49,179 nucleotides of DNA from Myxococcales bacterium (GTDB taxonomy: Bacteria; Myxococcota_A; Bradymonadia; UBA4248). The notes under the pieces were generated by a model. The model searched no databases and was not told the DNA's origin. It was given only the letters and a program-made list of their open reading frames with translations. The position numbers were made by a program, and so were the translations under genes. Below, in pieces: positions 49,059-49,179 of the stretch. How positions within the stretch are numbered: position 1 is the first letter of the stretch; each line of letters begins with the position of its first letter. The stretch is from NCBI GenBank assembly GCA_004554395.1, contig SFMP01000064.1, forward strand, positions 1-49,179, given 5' to 3'.

Positions 49059-49179
49059 CGCCCTATTGCCTGTGGCAATACGGGCTTTTTGCGCCCTATT
49101 GCCCGTTGGGCAATACGGGCTTTTTGCGCCCTATTGCCCGTTGGGCAATACGGGCTTTTTGCGCCCTATTGCCCGTTGG
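49059..49179. repeat. At least 3.5 tandem 33-35-bp units CGCCCTATTGCC(C)-loop-(G)GGCAATACGGGCTTTTTG (terminator-like REP array), running off the window
   Basis: Units are 49059-49091, 49092-49126, 49127-49161 and 49162 onward. Each is a 12-bp bulged hairpin followed by TTTTT. Confidence 0.9.

Overview
49,179-bp chromosomal window, gene-dense on both strands and mostly core functions. These include dprA, mutS2, typA/bipA, truA, dapD, a fused beta-alpha L-serine dehydratase, and a GH57 glucan-branching enzyme with its DUF4912 partner. Also present are HtrA-type and M50-type proteases, DJ-1/PfpI, a VKOR-thioredoxin fusion, a parvulin PPIase, two Hanks-type Ser/Thr kinases and a five-gene tRNA operon (His-Arg-Lys-Leu-Lys, minus strand). 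Several large Cys-rich secreted/lipoproteins (one with a MYXO-CTERM-like tail) plus the kinases suggest a Myxococcota-like host; this is inference only. The only clear mobile DNA is an AT-rich ~2.19-kb IS200/IS605-type element (about 486-2673) that split a Cys-rich lipoprotein gene. It carries an intact tnpB, a tnpA interrupted by a single in-frame TAG, and an unrecognised 116-aa ORF translationally coupled to tnpB; this ORF is the best candidate here for something undescribed. Other non-standard structure: (1) a strictly phased 42-unit heptanucleotide array (3864-4157) between a gene 3' end and the tRNA promoter; (2) a family of REP/BIME-like hairpin arrays with shared flanks and covarying stems in at least six intergenic regions, two of which form an inverted pair bracketing a two-paralogue segment; (3) a 4 x ~49-bp tandem repeat between those paralogues; (4) a tandemly duplicated 107-bp terminator cassette bounded by GATAGATCTAG; (5) a small protein with 16 Cys in a 42-aa metallothionein-like tail. 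No rRNA, CRISPR array, cas genes or recognisable defence operon were seen. All functional calls come from motif recognition by eye on the supplied translations and none is database-verified.
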